Origin: Phoronis australis
Taxonomy: Eukaryota > Animalia > Phoronida
Reading direction: 5' to 3'
DNA length: 64,000 nucleotides
NCBI GenBank assembly: GCA_002633005.1
Contig: NMRA01000155.1
Span: 517,536 to 581,535 of the forward strand
Position 1 is the first letter of the stretch, and every line of letters starts with the position of its first letter. Under the pieces are notes generated by a model, which was given only the letters and a program-made list of their open reading frames with translations, was not told the DNA's origin and did no database searches. The position numbers were made by a program, and so were the translations under genes. Below are positions 1 through 14,420 of this stretch, piece by piece.

Positions 1-229
1 TAGCAACTATAAAAAGTCAGCTGTTATCCAGTTTCCATAGTCAGGATAAGGCTTACGTAGCTTAGAAGTGGTGGAGTCCATCAGGAGAGCTATGAAATAA
101 ATAATTTTGCCTGCCAGGTGAGCACATCTTGTAAAGTTTGTGCCCATCACAAAAAATTGCACAATTTTGACAAAAATACATTCAAATCCGAGTGATGTCA
201 GGTTAAATTGTACAATTTATATGTTTCAG

Positions 230-446
230 AGAAGAGATGACATTCCTGCTACTTACAAGCCACTTGTTACCCGACGAGATGTTTCCAGAGAAATAATTCA
301 GTTGTGCAGGAGGAGTGGTCTCTATCATCGCATGCTGACTGAGATTAAGAAATTGGACAGTAAAGTTGACCAGTGGGATATGTTGCGGAATAACATTTCC
401 AATGATTCCTGCTTACAGTATGCAGTGAAGTTGCTGCTAGAGCAAG
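230..446 (+). CDS. TRANK1: TRANK1-like internal exon (RRDDIPATY...KLLLEQ)
   Basis: tttcag acceptor ending at 229, open frame, G|gt donor at 447 in phase with exon 2965. Confidence 0.7.
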
Positions 447-3400
447 GTGCGATTTGTTTGTAAAAATTAGGTTATTTCAAGTTCTGGGCTTGTCACTGAC
501 CAAATTTATTTATTCAGACAATGCAGTATTGCTGTTTGGTTAACAATTACTTAAATGGATACTAAAAACCCGGATGGATACCTGAGACGGCGAGTCAACT
601 TTCTTCTGTTGAAGGAGACAACTTTAATCCCTGCAATGTAGTTTTATGCAGATACATCTGGCTGAGGTATTCATAATTAATTATCTGAGTTAATCATAAT
701 CTTCATCAGTTGATAGTAAGCCATGTTCCACTGGCCAATGCAGTTAGTACCTTCTCTGAGTGACATTTTCTCATACATTACCATTCAGTGGATTCACCAG
801 TTCAAGGACCGAGGTCTTTCTACAAAATCAACATTTTTTCAAAAATGTCTTATTAAGTACACAACTTAATGTCCAAGAGTTGGGACAACCAGATAAATAC
901 AAGTTACACTCACCAGTCATATACTCTGGAACTTATGAAGTGTGCCTCATATTTTCAATACAAGGTTACTTTCCTTTTAGTTTAAATTCATAAAAAGTTA
1001 ATTTTACTCTTGGCAAGTTTGACAAAATTAATCTAAACAAAATCAATGAGTTTCGGAACAATCCAGCTATGCCTCTGTTTACCTCTAGTGGCAGTTTTTT
1101 ATATTTTCCTCTGTATCTTGAGTTGTTTAATTGATGTTCAAATTTGGTAAATAGGTTTATCGTAATTACATAGGTGATGATATGACCGTGACATACGTCC
1201 GAACTACTTTTACGTATCTTCTCTAGAGAAGATAACCATTATCATCTTTAGGGAAAATAATGGGTTGTTCTAAAACCCCATCGACCCCACACCCCTCAAC
1301 CCATAACCCCCTCGACCCACAATCCCCTCGACCTATGATCCCCTCGACCCACGATCCCCATGACCTGTGGCAATAGAGGTATTTTTGCGCTTTTTAATTA
1401 TTTCATAATCGTATTATGGATCGCTGAGTGACTTTCCCATAAGAAATACCTACACGCCAGTCTGCTCTGGCTCAAGTCTGGTGATTAAGAATAGAAAATA
1501 GCATTACATATTTGTGATCTGAAATAGCGCATTGTTAGTGCGATATCGTTTTGACGGAAATTGTTCCACGAGCGGCTGCCAATGGCCCAGTTCTACTAAA
1601 CTTAGGGAGAGAGTCCGTTAACGTGAATGTACACAATTTCATATTTTTATTATTTCTTTTCGGTTTTATACTTGTTTACAATATTCTCCATATAACGTCG
1701 AAATACTTTTTAGGTAACAGTTTGTTTTTTCAAACTGTATTTGCTGATAAAATTACAGTTTTGTCAGTTCCCGGCACTCTCTGGAAAAAACGTTGAATCG
1801 GCTGCCATTCACTGAAGAGCATCGAGACGATTACTCAGTGCCGGGAACGACATTTGTAACATTGGTAGGTCTTCGATTTGGTTTGGTTGCATGGTTTTCT
1901 CTGTTTTTAGCTTTCAAACTTGCCAAATGGACTCTCCTAATTGCAAAATAAAACAGGGAAAAGCCAGCCGTGCTCACGGCCCGACGGTCATTGGTCCTGC
2001 AAGTCGGCGCCTGTCCTATGTTCAGATCTAGTCGGGCTTGTGTAGACTGGGTCGAGGGGGTTGGGGTCATGGGTTGAGGGGGTTGTGGGGTGTGGGGGTT
2101 TCAGAACAATCCAAGAATAACCTTGGGAAAGCTGTAAAAATTTCAAAATTAGCACAAATCATAGACCTATCAATCAAATATCAACTTGAATTTTAATTTC
2201 AACAAACTTGATGAAAATGAAGGAGAAAACAATGTTTTAAGTATGCAAATGCAAGAAACCAAAATGATACAACAACCTCACTTGGCCCAGTAGTCATGAA
2301 AGAGTCATTACTATGGTAAAGATGTTACTTCGTCAAACACAGAAATGAATCATAACCGCGGGGTTTTGACTGTGTTGTATTCAGTCAATGTAAGCAAATA
2401 AAATAGTCATAACAAGTTTTGTATAAAATTACTTTATTAATTCAATGAACTTATCAAGTTGCTCTCAACGTCTTGTTCTGATCGATCATCTGCTCAACCT
2501 ACTGCCGGTCTTGTAGAACAAGTAGAAGAAAGCTTTTTGTCTATTAATTCATCATTTGATGCTAAATTTACTCCGTATGTTGATTAGTTTATAATTGCTG
2601 ATAATTTACATGGCATAAACACACACTTTATGAGTTCAAATTCTTTGCAATTCCGCAATGACATATAAACAGATGCTGCCACTTAGCTCTCTTAAAATTC
2701 GTGTAAATGCACGACTTAAAAATAGTTCATGCTATTGTTTAAATCAAACTTCAGGTATCTCAATATAATAATAAACAGTCATCATAGCGTACGTTATATA
2801 ACATGTATTTCTATTGTTTGGCATATATGTTCATATTGTGGTGGGCCTGATTCATAATTGCTCCTTCTAGTCTGATCACCCCTTGTCTCTTTATGCACAT
2901 TTGGTGGGCTTACATTAACACTGCTTCACACCTGTGTTATTATTGTTTGCATTTTACATTTTAGACAAGCATCAGGAAGCTGCCATTCTTTTCCGGGGCC
3001 ATGGAAAGTTGAAAGAAGCAGCTGAAATTTCCAAGGAGAAATGGTTTCAAGTGCAATGCTATGTAGCCATAGCTAGAAGAAATCATTTTGAAAACACGGT
3101 GGTGGAAAGTGACTTGAAGATGGCATTGACAATGTCAAAATCTGAAAAGAAAGAAAATTATGCAGAAGCACTCCTGTTAGCAGGCATGGCGCAAAAAGAT
3201 GGAAAAGAGAAGCAAAGGCTTCTAGAAGATGCATTTCTGCAATTCAAAACATCACACCATGCTTTGGGAATGTTAGATTCTGTGAGAGAGTTGGTGAAGT
3301 TGAAAGAAGGTGCACATTTGAGAAAACTTGTGTACACTGTTTCAGAACTGAAGACTCTACTCAGTGCCTTGAAATTCGAAGACCCTTCTCCTAGCAAACT

Positions 3401-6400
3401 ACTTATCAAGAAGTTGAGTCTTCTTTACTTGGGTCTTTCTGCTGAGTCTACTAATGCAGGTGCTTCCTCTGGAACCCTGCACGTTCTTATTAAAGAAGGG
3501 TCTCGTTATGCACACATGTTTCCTAGCAGAAACAGCATCGGTTCTGAGGAAAACAGTAAGACCATAGATTTTAAGAAATATGAAAAAGACATTGTAAAAT
3601 ATCTTGAACAAGAAGTGGAAGCAATGTATGAAAAAGCTGTTGGTCTTTTGGAAGGTAACCGTCAGAAGGTGTACATTTGCCCGCAGCACAAGGCTGGATA
3701 CATTTGTTCTGACAGCCAACATTTACACAGCGTTGATGATAGTCAGTTGCAGTCGCTGCGTTTAGAGCATTTTATTACTTGGCTTATTTTAAAGGGTGCC
3801 ACAAGTGATGAAAGTTTGGCATCTACATGTGATGAGATGGTGTCTGTGGTGTTCCCGACAGGGGGTACCAGCAGATTTGTCGACTCGACGTTAGTGAAAG
3901 CATTTAGGGCTGAAAGTGATGTTGTTGACCTTGCTTTGAGGAGCTTTGGCTTGAATTGGGAAAAGGCAAAGAATGGTGGGGGTTTGTCTACAAACGACCA
4001 CATGAAACTCATTTATACATACTTACTTTTTGGAAAGAAACGGGATGATATTGGGAAAGTACTGGGAACGGTTGAAAAAGAGCATTCTAAAGTCAAGTCT
4101 CAGTTTCAAGTTGGTGGTGCCTTTAAATGTATCAAAGATGAGCGAGGAAAACCTGTGTATATCAGCCATACACGTCATTTGTGTAATTTTTTCAACCAAC
4201 TTTACGCCAAAGGAGATCCTCATGAAGCAATTGGCTGCTTGAATCAGTTTTTTGGGAAGCTTTGCTTCAAATCCGTTTATTACTATCCAAGCCTAGCTGA
4301 TGCATGTTGTTTGCTCGAATTAGAGGTTGTTCTTTGTTTGGCAATGTTTGCTCGTCACAGCAACAAGACAGTACTCCTTCCAGCTAGTTACTTGAAGCAT
4401 GCAAAGCTTTGGGATGCATTGAACTATGACCCTAAAAACAAAAACCCAAATATGTTCACTGTCATCCAGAACTATGTTCCTCACGATGATTGGATCACCC
4501 ATCTTATTAGTCGAGGAGTTGAATACATGTTCAAGTTAATATCTGGAAATAAGAGTCGTGAATTCAACATCATTTATGATTCATTTTCCAATGAGTGTGA
4601 GGATTTTTTGAAGTCGGGTGAAAGCGAGCGTGTTCTGATACTTTCCCTTGTTCTTCTGTGTAACTGTGGTCAAGTATTTCCATGGTCATTTCACAAGTTC
4701 GTGCATGAAGAACTTTTACATGTTGAATTTCATGAAGGTATCACTTATCCTGAGAGAATCCGGACATGCCTTGATGAAATCCAAGCTGCACCATCTTTGA
4801 AAGGTGTTGCTGAAGCTCTGTCTAAACTTTTACATGTGCGCAATGATGAGTACTTGTATACTTGCCGTTGGACGTGGGAAGGTCATCCAAGAGGAGTTCG
4901 CGGACTCAAGTTTGAGAAAACAACCAACTATGGGCTTCTGTCTAGGTATCCACTTCCAGGCGGCAGCCAATCGAGTGTACCATCTGGACGGGTTGGAAAG
5001 ATTCAGCCGAGAGAATTATCAACATCAGGAGAACAAAATGAGAGTGTGACAGAGAGAAAGAGAGAAGATTTACCCACCAGCGCCAGAAACAGTGATACCA
5101 ATCAAAGTAGTAATGCCAGTAATACCTCAGAAATTGATGTTGATGTGCATGGATTAAAAGTTGAGGGTCAGTCTGTCATGTTTCCCACTGCAGAGATCAC
5201 AAGAATTGAACAACAAAGCTGGCAGCTTGTTGATGAAGAAGACTACGATGAAGATGTTGGAGATATCAACAATGAAGACCTTGAAGAGATAAAGCAACAG
5301 CAACAAAGTGAGCACAAAGAAGACAACTCACCAGAAAGTCATGATTTCATGGAAAAATTCATGATTGATGTTAACTACTGTGGAATTTGTGATGTTCGAC
5401 TAAGTCAGTCAACAACACGTCAAGTTAGTATTGAAGAAGAGAATGATGCAGGTGAAAGTATTGATGACACAGTTGATGATCATGAAAATACCTATGAGTG
5501 TCATATCCAGTCTGTAGACCATAAGAAAAGAGAAAGACAGTACAGAGAATTTTGTATTGCTGAAAAAGACCATTGGTTGCCTCTCTTGAAAGATGTGGAC
5601 TTTTTTCTCAGCCAAACTACTAATGAAGACACCATCCATGTCGAGACGCTCAAAAATAGAAAACAGGAATTGGAAAAGGACATTGAAAACTGCAGGAATC
5701 TCTGTGCTTGGGATCTAGCTGCAGGTGCCGGACGTCTACTCAGTGAAGCCCTTAGTAGAGCAGCACAGGCTATCCAGTCCCAGGTCAGTCAATAATTTCC
5801 ATGTGATTTAAACTTAATCAATCTTTTCCAAAGCTTTAGTTTTTTCTGTCATAGCAAAAAGGCTGATGAGAACTAGATTTTGCTTTTCTTTAGCTATTAA
5901 AAATTCCTACTTTGAAGGATCCTGTAATGGTCGCAACCTTTATGCTGTTCGCAAAAACATGGATATATTATTTAATCAAATACCACGCTACTAACAGTCT
6001 GGTCACAAATACTTTCTTGATTAGATAGTAAGACCGTCAAAAAAATTAAGAGAAAACATCTGCAAGTGGAATAATTTAGCCATGCTTAGGTAGAATTTGG
6101 TGAGAAATAATGCACCATGTGTTTGTGAAGCAAGCTGGCCGTCAGAGGATTTAAGTGTTTAACTGAATTTGAGTTAATCGAGAGCAGTGTGATTTCAACT
6201 GCATGTGATTGAGTACCAATTAAAGCATCTTGCTCAGTAGACCTTATAATCCGAACCATTCACTGATCTAGCTGTGTGTGTTTTAACCTTGAAACACATA
6301 AATTATACACCATAGATTGCCTAGATAATTATATACATATCTATTGTTCACTTTGTTTTTCTTTCTTAACCATTTATCAATAACTGGGTGATGGGTGCCC

Positions 6401-9400
6401 AAGGTACAATATCTGTTTGACCTGAATTGTAACTATATCCAACAAAGACGCAACAAAGGAAAACAATGGTAGTGTCCCATAGGCAATGACCAATGGGAGG
6501 GGAGGCGCTATACCCAGGTCAAACAATAGCTTGCGAAATCCATACATCATTTGGCAAGGGAAGGCTAGCTGGACCTCTGAAACCCAGCACACAATAGTTA
6601 GGGAATTTTCATTTGTTAATCTAATTTGAGGCTTGGATGGGTTGACTAGTTTGAATGATGGCAGAGGGTAAGGCAGTGTCTTGCCCCCCCCATTGGCCTT
6701 TTGAAATTGACATGCAAGGTCAGTGAAAGTGGTTCTATGTGAACCCTGCTTGTAGTCATACAACTGTCCTGCTGGCTTGTGAAAATACCACGGTTTACCA
6801 AAGCTAGGGTTTATGGTCCTGGCTGAGATTGATTGTTTAATTACCCCATGTGGGTGTAAACCCCCTTCCCCGAATACAGTATAAAATTAATCAGCACTAG
6901 CATTAATTAATATGAGTCTAGTTGGTTTAATTGGTACAGATATTGGAATTCTAACAATGAATAATTTTCATTTTGCACAAAAATATTTGAATGCCAAAAT
7001 TTTAATTTTTTTTTCATTTTTCGAAAGGCTGATTATTTTTACTGCAAATTATGGAAAATTTACCAAAATATGTTGTATGATATCTACACAATATAAGCCA
7101 TGCTAGTAACGGGCTAAAATTTTATGCATTTATTTTTGTTGAGAAATTTGAATATTTGGCAAATTCCCACATACAGCGTATGATGAATGAATGAATTTGA
7201 AATCCATAGAGCTGCTGACTGGTGGCCTTTTTTCCTGCCAAGTTACTGCAGTTTTGCTGCAGTGTTGACTGCGGTCAACCAGGAGAATCTGTTAGCTCTC
7301 TGTGGACCTTTGCCAATCAACGTCCATTAGAAGTCTGGCACACAATTGGTGTCAGTAGTGAGATGGTTATGATCTACATAGGAATGTTAGTATGTGACGT
7401 TCATAAACTGAATCCTGCCAAATGCACTCTAGCTTGCAAACCACAACATTATGAAGATGAGCTAGTCTGTGCGCAAGCAGTGGCAGCTAAACTTCACAAC
7501 AACCACTTTATAAACCTTGGAAGATATTTCCAAATTCATTACTATCTTAAAAAATCAGTTAGAAATAATCTTTAAACAAAAAGTTAATTAAACCCACAGT
7601 CAGTAGTTTTCTTTTGTTCATGTGATGAGTTAGCATGGCTTCTGGTCACAGTTAAAGTAGGTCAATCTTGTTTTCAATGCTCTTGCAGATGCTGGAAAAG
7701 GCGTGGTTTGTGTTGTTTGTCTAGGCATTAAAACTGTTAAGCTATGAGTAAATAACTAAAATCATTTATAATAGATAACCTTTTTAACTGCTTTTAATGT
7801 TCATATATTTTCTAATCATTAATTTCAGCTGAGGACTTAAATATGTGTGTTTATAGGGCAATGTATGTATGAGTGATATTAGTCTGTGTCAAATAAATGC
7901 CTAGGGCGATTTTGTTCATGCTATATTACATAATTGCAGGGAGATTAACCCCAGATTTCAGATTTTGCTCTTATATTTTTACAGAATGATATAGAGGTTC
8001 TATTTTATGTATCATTAGTGTTGATTTTGATTGGTGTTTCTGTTTAAAAAAATCTTTTAATTTAATTTGTACTGCGGTAACTGTCTCATAATTTTAGATG
8101 TAGATCTTACCAATACGTAATTTTTTCACTGTTAAAGCTACTTGAATTTGAAAAGTGGAAGTTGAATTGACGATTTGCATTATTACGTAAATTACAAAAA
8201 TCAACTTATTTGGCCAAAGTTGGTAAGTAGCAAAAACTGGCTTATTTGACAGACTGTTGTGCGATAGCGTCCTGTGCAAAAAGAATTAGACAGTCGTATG
8301 CATATATCAAGAAGTGCGAAGCTAGTGGCAAGATATTGGATCACCATCTGGAAATAATCCTTGCTAATTAGTTACTTAATTAAAAAAATTGGAGCTGTAT
8401 CATTAACCAATCCAAATTCAGGTAATCTTCTGCAATCTTCCTATTTTTTGCAGGTTTGCTCTGTTCTAACAAAACCAACTCTACCTTGATTTGTATGTTG
8501 CGTTCACTAACTAAATCAGCTCTTACATCTTTTCTGCAATTGCTGTTTGTGGCAGCTTTTGTATGTGAATGTTAGTTCACATGGAGTGCTCCTCTGGTTT
8601 AATTTGTTTTATTTTTTGTTTACTCAACAGATGATTACACTGCTCTTCAAAAAAAAATCAAACTACTGTAATTACATATTTTATATTGACGTGGTTGAAA
8701 GTCCATGTCCATACTCAGTGGTGAGCTTGTTAGTTATGACTTCAACTGGTACTGAAAATCCAAAATGTCTTAACTGGTAATAAGCTTACTAGTCTCTCAA
8801 TATTTCAGACTCATTGCTCACTTAAGTTTTCAAACTCAATGCAAGTAAGCCAAACTCATCACGAGAAAATTCAAATTTTCCACAGGGGTGAGTCAAAATA
8901 GGTTGCGTAGAACAGTAGGTTACGATATTGCACCATGAATACTAAGTCGTCTTGTAAACACCCTCGCAGAAGGTAACCATACTACAGATATACAACTGCT
9001 TTAAAATTGAGATCATGGGATAGTCTCTAAAATTTGGGACACCGGAATTAAAGCTGCATTAAATTGATTTTCCATGAATTGGTGACTCAAGCAATTTCGG
9101 CATTTGTCGTATTTCTTGAATGTTGGACACTGTGTTTTACATCAGCAGAGTCTGAAAATAAGCATGGCAGTTCATAACACCATTGAAATATATAACTACT
9201 GGGAGATGCAACATTTTTGTTGGTCCCCTAGTATGTAACAAAGGTGAATGATTCTTTGTGGTTCTTCTTAATTCTTGAATTTGGAACAACTATATCACTG
9301 TTTCTAAAATTTGATGCAAGCTCTGACCTTAAGCAAAATAAATACTTTTACACTGTGCCAAACTAGAGAAATTTACCATAAATGGTCATGAACAACTAAA

Positions 9401-9634
9401 CAGCGGTCTTGGCCAATATTGTAAAAAAGCTGCAGGTTGCACCTCCATAACACAATGCTTCTTCATTCATAGCCTCAGACAGAAGGGGATGGCAATAGCG
9501 ATGATGAAAATCCAGAGGTAACTCGGGCTATTCTTCAACCTGAGGAAGACGACGAACCAAACACAGTTGACGACTTTACACTCGTCAAAAGCAGGCAACA
9601 AAGAAAGAATCGGCAACGTAAAAAGAAACGCTAA
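230..9634 (+). CDS. TRANK1: TRANK1-like (TPR and ankyrin repeat-containing protein 1) gene, 3' part; exons 230-446, 2965-5783, 9473-9634; 5' end outside window
   Basis: Phase-consistent GT-AG splicing (CAAG|gtgcga to ttag|ACAAG, phase 1; TCCCAG|gtcagt to catag|CCTCAG, phase 0). Protein has helical repeat-like segments, a Cys/His motif (CPQHKAGYICSDSQHLH), a split CGIC...HIQSVDH zinc-finger-like motif and an acidic-then-basic tail, matching my recollection of the TRANK1 C-terminus. Confidence 0.8.
1262..2112. mobile_element. MITE-like element with terminal inverted repeats and subterminal C-rich/G-rich repeats
   Basis: GGGTTGTTCTAAAACCCC at 1262 mirrors GGGGTTTCAGAACAATCC ending at 2112; CCCCTCGACCC repeats are mirrored by GGGTCGAGGGG. 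TSD not clear. Confidence 0.7.
2965..5783 (+). CDS. TRANK1: TRANK1-like 2.8-kb penultimate exon
   Basis: Lies within the 953-aa ORF 2934-5795; attttag acceptor ending at 2964; CAG|gtcagt donor at 5784, just before the ORF stop. Confidence 0.88.
9473..9634 (+). CDS. TRANK1: TRANK1-like terminal exon (PQTEGDGNSDDENPEV...DDFTLVKSRQQRKNRQRKKKR*)
   Basis: Pyrimidine tract plus catag acceptor, phase 0, 53 codons plus TAA; acidic then basic tail as recalled for vertebrate TRANK1. Absent from the ORF track. Confidence 0.75.
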   Translation, partial: PQTEGDGNSDDENPEVTRAILQPEEDDEPNTVDDFTLVKSRQQRKNRQRKKKR

Positions 9635-12244
9635 TAAGCTAGCAACATGCTCACAGTAAGTTTGCATGGCTCTTTATTAATGTCTGCTTCTTGAAAAGTG
9701 ACTTCAGTTGAGACTTTAGTCAGACTTAATTAGGCCATGAGCATGAATTTGTGAATCCGTTAAGACGGACGGTTAGTCATAGTCTGGCTTAGGCTCGCTG
9801 AGGCATTGGTGTAACAAAACCCCAAGTGTTAGTGTAGGAATTGTTTCATGAGGAACATTTTGAAAACAATTTCTAGCATTCTTTTAGAGAAACTTGCATA
9901 AAGCATTATCTTAAAGTTTCATTTGAAGCTGGTAAGCCATTTCTTAGATATGTTGTTCCGAAGTTGGCCAAATTTGGAAATTTTGTAGGCGGTCCTAAAA
10001 AGACACTTTTTATGAAACAGTTTTTTGTTAAGCCTCAGTCTTATGACTGGGGCTTCTCACACTCTGTTTTACAGGCCACGTGTCTACCTGCTTCAAAGAG
10101 AAATACTCTCGAAGTTATTACTGATAATTACTCTGCTACACAAAAGGACAGATCAGCATTCACAATAACGCTATAGGATGGAATTGTCGATTCTTTTTCT
10201 ACCCTATTACTGTTGTGATAATTGCTCTTTAATTAAAAGGATCTTACTTAAATGCTTTGGGTGAACCAATGATGCGGGTCAATACTTGTACATATCTATG
10301 CATTGATGATCTCACTGGTGACAATGTGGCTAGCCACGTCAGTTAATTACTGTAATATGTCGTAACGTGGGACTTTTGATACCGTTCAATTGCAAGCAGT
10401 AACACTTGGTGTGGGTAGCTTATTTGTTTTCAGATTTTTTCAAGCTCCGTCAATTTTATTGTTATTTTTTAGTGTTGAAGTTGAGTGTATTGTACATGTA
10501 AGTAGCCTTGCTTAGATTTAACATCTTCAGCAATAAAATTAATTAATATATATTTCTGTGTATCCATTATATAACACATAGCTTTCGTAAATTTCTGCAA
10601 GCAGACCCCCAATATAAGTCGGTGTGCTTATAGTCTAAAAATATCTTCACTTAAACAACTTAACTGTAAATATTAACCGTCATGCCATGGTTGGCATGTT
10701 TTCCATTTTGAGATACTTGAAAGTAGAAAATGTGCGATTTTCTCCAGAACTTATTATCAAAAATTTATGATGCCATCAAATTATGTTTTAAGAAATTGTT
10801 GCCTTTGCAGCAGTCAGAAGACTTTGAAAAATCCAAAAAATATCTTTTCTTTTTATTAAATGTTTTGTCCAAAATAATTGAGATTTTACCATATATGGAT
10901 TATTTGTGGGCTTTTGGTACTTATTTTTCTATTAAATAATCCAGTTGATTTTCATTTTTATTTTAGCTTGATTTTGTGCCTGTTTTATATATATTTTTCA
11001 ATTATCTAATCCTATTACAGATTTGTTTGTGTGACTCTTTGCCTGGGCAGAAGGTAAAGCTAAGCTAAGCAGCTAAGCTTATTTTTGATTATTTTTAATA
11101 TTGTCATATTCCACATGTGTATGTGCCTGTGTTCGACAAATGTTTTTTTTATTACATTTTGCAGTAGTGTCTGTAAAACTAAATGGTAGATACTTTGAAC
11201 CCTGTTTTGAGTTGGTTTTGCCCTGTCTGGACTGTCGACTACTGTCATGCAATTAGTTTCTCCTGCCCAGAGATATAAAACACAATTCACCTAAAACCCT
11301 TCCTCACTGTGCCACAAAATGGATCCCATGGTTTGAGGAGGATGTTTTTTCCCTCTGATTGTGAGATTCAGCATGGTCTCAATCAGCGATAGTCTGTTCT
11401 TTCTAAGCTCAGTACCAATTCTCTCAGAAAATTGAGACCAGTTTTATATCCAAAAGTGATCTAAATCGAAAGTTATTTTGTTTACTATATTCATATTTAT
11501 AGCAGTTTCAGTGCATTAATGTATTATAATGAGTTCAAATGTCAGGGAAGTGAATTTTTTGTTGAAATTTTCTGTGATTAGATGTTTTCAAGTCATTGCA
11601 TCCTGCACTGAATCTGAGTGATTTCTTGGTTCTTTCAACTCATAACAATTCCAATCCATAAGCTGTCACTTAAAGCTGCCACTTAAAAATCATGGAAGGT
11701 CAGAAAATTATTTTGTTAAATCATGCATATTTTAATAGCATGCAGTTTTGCTTCAATCATGAAAAAATGTGGTACATTGAAGTGTAAAGTCATACCGATG
11801 TATTGCTCTCTCCCAACCCTTGAACATTAATTTGATTTTAAATCTGTAAGACGGCATGTACGAGGCGCCATGATAAGCTGCCTGCTCCTGATGGATGTAT
11901 GAAGCTGAAGGTCATTTACTGTGCCCTTGAAGAAAAAATGGTGAAGTAATTTCGCATTCAGTATCATTCTCTGTAAAAGGAAAAAAGTTCCAAAAAAATC
12001 ATTTTTCACGGCACCGTATATTTTGTTGTATTTGGCTAAAAATAGCATTTATTGGTTCATGTCTGCAGTGGACACATTTCGAAATCTGGGGACTATTTCA
12101 CTAAAATGGCATAACTACTGATTTTTTTCGCAGCTAGAATCTAAATGTACACTTGCGGTAAAGCTTATAATGGGTCGTAAATCTCCATTTAGTCTCTGTG
12201 TAAAACGTGATGAAGTTCGGACATTTTAAAGGATTCAAAAGTGG

Positions 12245-12429
12245 TGCTTTTTGTTGCCCATCTTTCCAGAGATGATTATTTTATCTTTAGGCTATTTGTA
12301 CACTCATATTTCTGTACCTTATCAGTCATAATAAATGACCTTATATCGCCTATACACGGTCTTCTTTGTATCTGTGGAAACGGAGCTTGCGACGCACCTA
12401 TTATTTTTGGGACATATTCCGAGCATAAA
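12245..12429 (-). mobile_element. Fragment of the interspersed repeat family also at 50471, 51039 and 60890
   Basis: Reverse complement aligns closely with 60890-61078 (TTTATGCTCGGAATATGTCCC...GGAAAGATGGGCAA). Confidence 0.8.
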
Positions 12430-12743
12430 ACACATTTTGTGTCCAATCTTAGAATTTTGTTTCTGTTTTAATCTGCATTCTGGATGACCATTTTTATTTG
12501 TGTATATACTAAATAAATGTAATTGGACTGTGTGTAAACTGCAACGCATATACAAAAGTGTGGCAACTGAGCATGAATACCTTAGAGCCCACAATCTTAA
12601 TCCCGGCTTTGACTATGATTGGTGTAGTAGTGATATTTTTATTTTGTTTGTATACACTTGATATGTATATTTTGGACTCTGTGCTCCTAATGTACAAATG
12701 TGTATCAAAGTATGTGTAACACTATTTGCACGTTTCAAAATTC

Positions 12744-12971
12744 GGGGCCTGTTTCATGAAAGTCAGATTTAGGACTTATTAGAAATTAGATCTTACTAAC
12801 CTCCCACTTCACAATTCTTGATAAGAAGTTCAGCCAAGTAATTATAAGCACTTTGCAGTCTATGAATAATTGTAATTCAGTGAACATTCTCAGAGACTTT
12901 GCACTTTTACTAAAGCGAGACAGATTCTGAAATAGTACGGTGTGTAGACCAATTTTCATGAAACAAGCCCC
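12744..12971. mobile_element. PIF/Harbinger-like MITE
   Basis: TIRs GGGGCCTGTTTCATGAAA and TTTCATGAAACAAGCCCC; a related element lies at 31441-31708. Confidence 0.65.
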
Positions 12972-14342
12972 AGACTACTGCTTGCAATCATTGTACTGTG
13001 AAGTTTTCTTACAATTTGTTACTCATAGGTGTAATTAGCATGACGTGTTAATGTCGGCTGTGCTTTGTCTCTTTGGTAATTGGAACTGTGACGAATCTGT
13101 GTTATTGAAATAATGCATTGTAAACGGTGCAAAAACATCACTTCTGTGAGCATAGACCAGGCAGTCATAGCCCAGTGTGAAGGGAATTATGTCCATTAAG
13201 TATCTTATAGTATATACCTCAGAAAATCTGTAATGTCATATAAACTTTGCTTTTTGTCAGAGTACTGGTTTATTTGCTTTTGAATACATGTAACTCACCA
13301 CTGCTAATTTGTCTCATTCTTTTGGTCTTTTCACTTAAACCATAACTTTTAGTGCACAACATGATGGACTTCCATTAACCCTAACCTGTAGAGTGTTTTT
13401 ACGTACTTCAACAGTTGTCACACAAGCAAGGAATTTGACTTATGCAGTCCTGTTAAGCATGTCTCCAGCATTAATACAGATAAATGATTTGTGGTTTTCT
13501 CATTGGTCAGAAAGTGAAGTGATGTACTAATTAAAGCGTAATAAAATTTTGATTCAACTTCATTAAAAATTACAGCACCTGATTCACTCTGTTGCATCAC
13601 TATAGCTAAGATATCCGACTGGTTCTTGGTGACGTCTTCAGGCATACAAACCAATCCAATGTCTCCTCGGGTGGTAGACCGCGCTGAAAGTGAATGGAGT
13701 GGAGTAATTGAGCATACTCGACTGGTACAAAGATACAGTAAGGCCAAGGAACCAAAAGTGCAATATATTTTGACCCGTTCTTTGCATCAGCTTGCCTCTG
13801 CACTAGGTTGTTGGCTCTCTACGAGTCCCTGGTTTGAAGGATGTATCAAACACGTGTCACTGATTAAACATGAAATTACTGACAGAAGTGACCCAAAACG
13901 AAACCAAATTCAAGCATGGAGCAGACTATCATTTCACAGATTTAGTCTTTCATGTTTTTGCCCCATATCTGGGCAAAATTTATACATTTGGGTGATAAGT
14001 GTTGTTCAAACGTTAAACTAGGCAGCAAAAACTAATAAAAACCATAAATATATATACCCAGCATCCACATAATGGAGACTGTCATTGAGTATTGACCTTT
14101 GAACAGTCACCACATCCCAATGAATTTGAATACTTGTCAATCAAAGTAGAATGAAGTCAACCAATGAAAATAAAGACTGCACATTTCCCAACCAGCACGT
14201 GCCCTGGAAGGCAAATATTTCACTAATTTTTCAATCTGTAACAAGGTTAATTCTGTGGTATTACGCAAATCCTCGCTCTTCACCTGTTAGCTTGTTTCAA
14301 CATTTGCTTTCAATATTTGTTTTTTATGTAATTGTTTTAGTT

Positions 14343-14420
14343 AGTTTGAGTGTGTTCACTCTCACGAATGAGTTTGAGTGTGTTCACTCTCACGAATGAG
14401 TTTGTTCACTCTCACGAATG
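14343..14420. repeat. 28-bp tandem repeat, about 2.8 copies
   Basis: AGTTTGAGTGTGTTCACTCTCACGAATG twice plus a shortened third copy. Confidence 0.85.

Noticed and set aside
61-117. Possible extra TRANK1-like exon (LRSGGVHQESYEINNFACQ|gtgagc)
   Set aside because: Donor and phase fit the exon at 230, but the acceptor lacks a pyrimidine tract and I recognise no homology.
3158-5683. Antisense and alternate-frame ORFs over the large TRANK1-like exon
   Set aside because: Shadow ORFs expected over long coding sequence; no independent signals.
13606-13660. Minus-strand CTGAAGA as a hammerhead core; ORF 13626-14021
   Set aside because: No stem II closed by GAAA; the ORF has no recognisable homology or convincing splice context.
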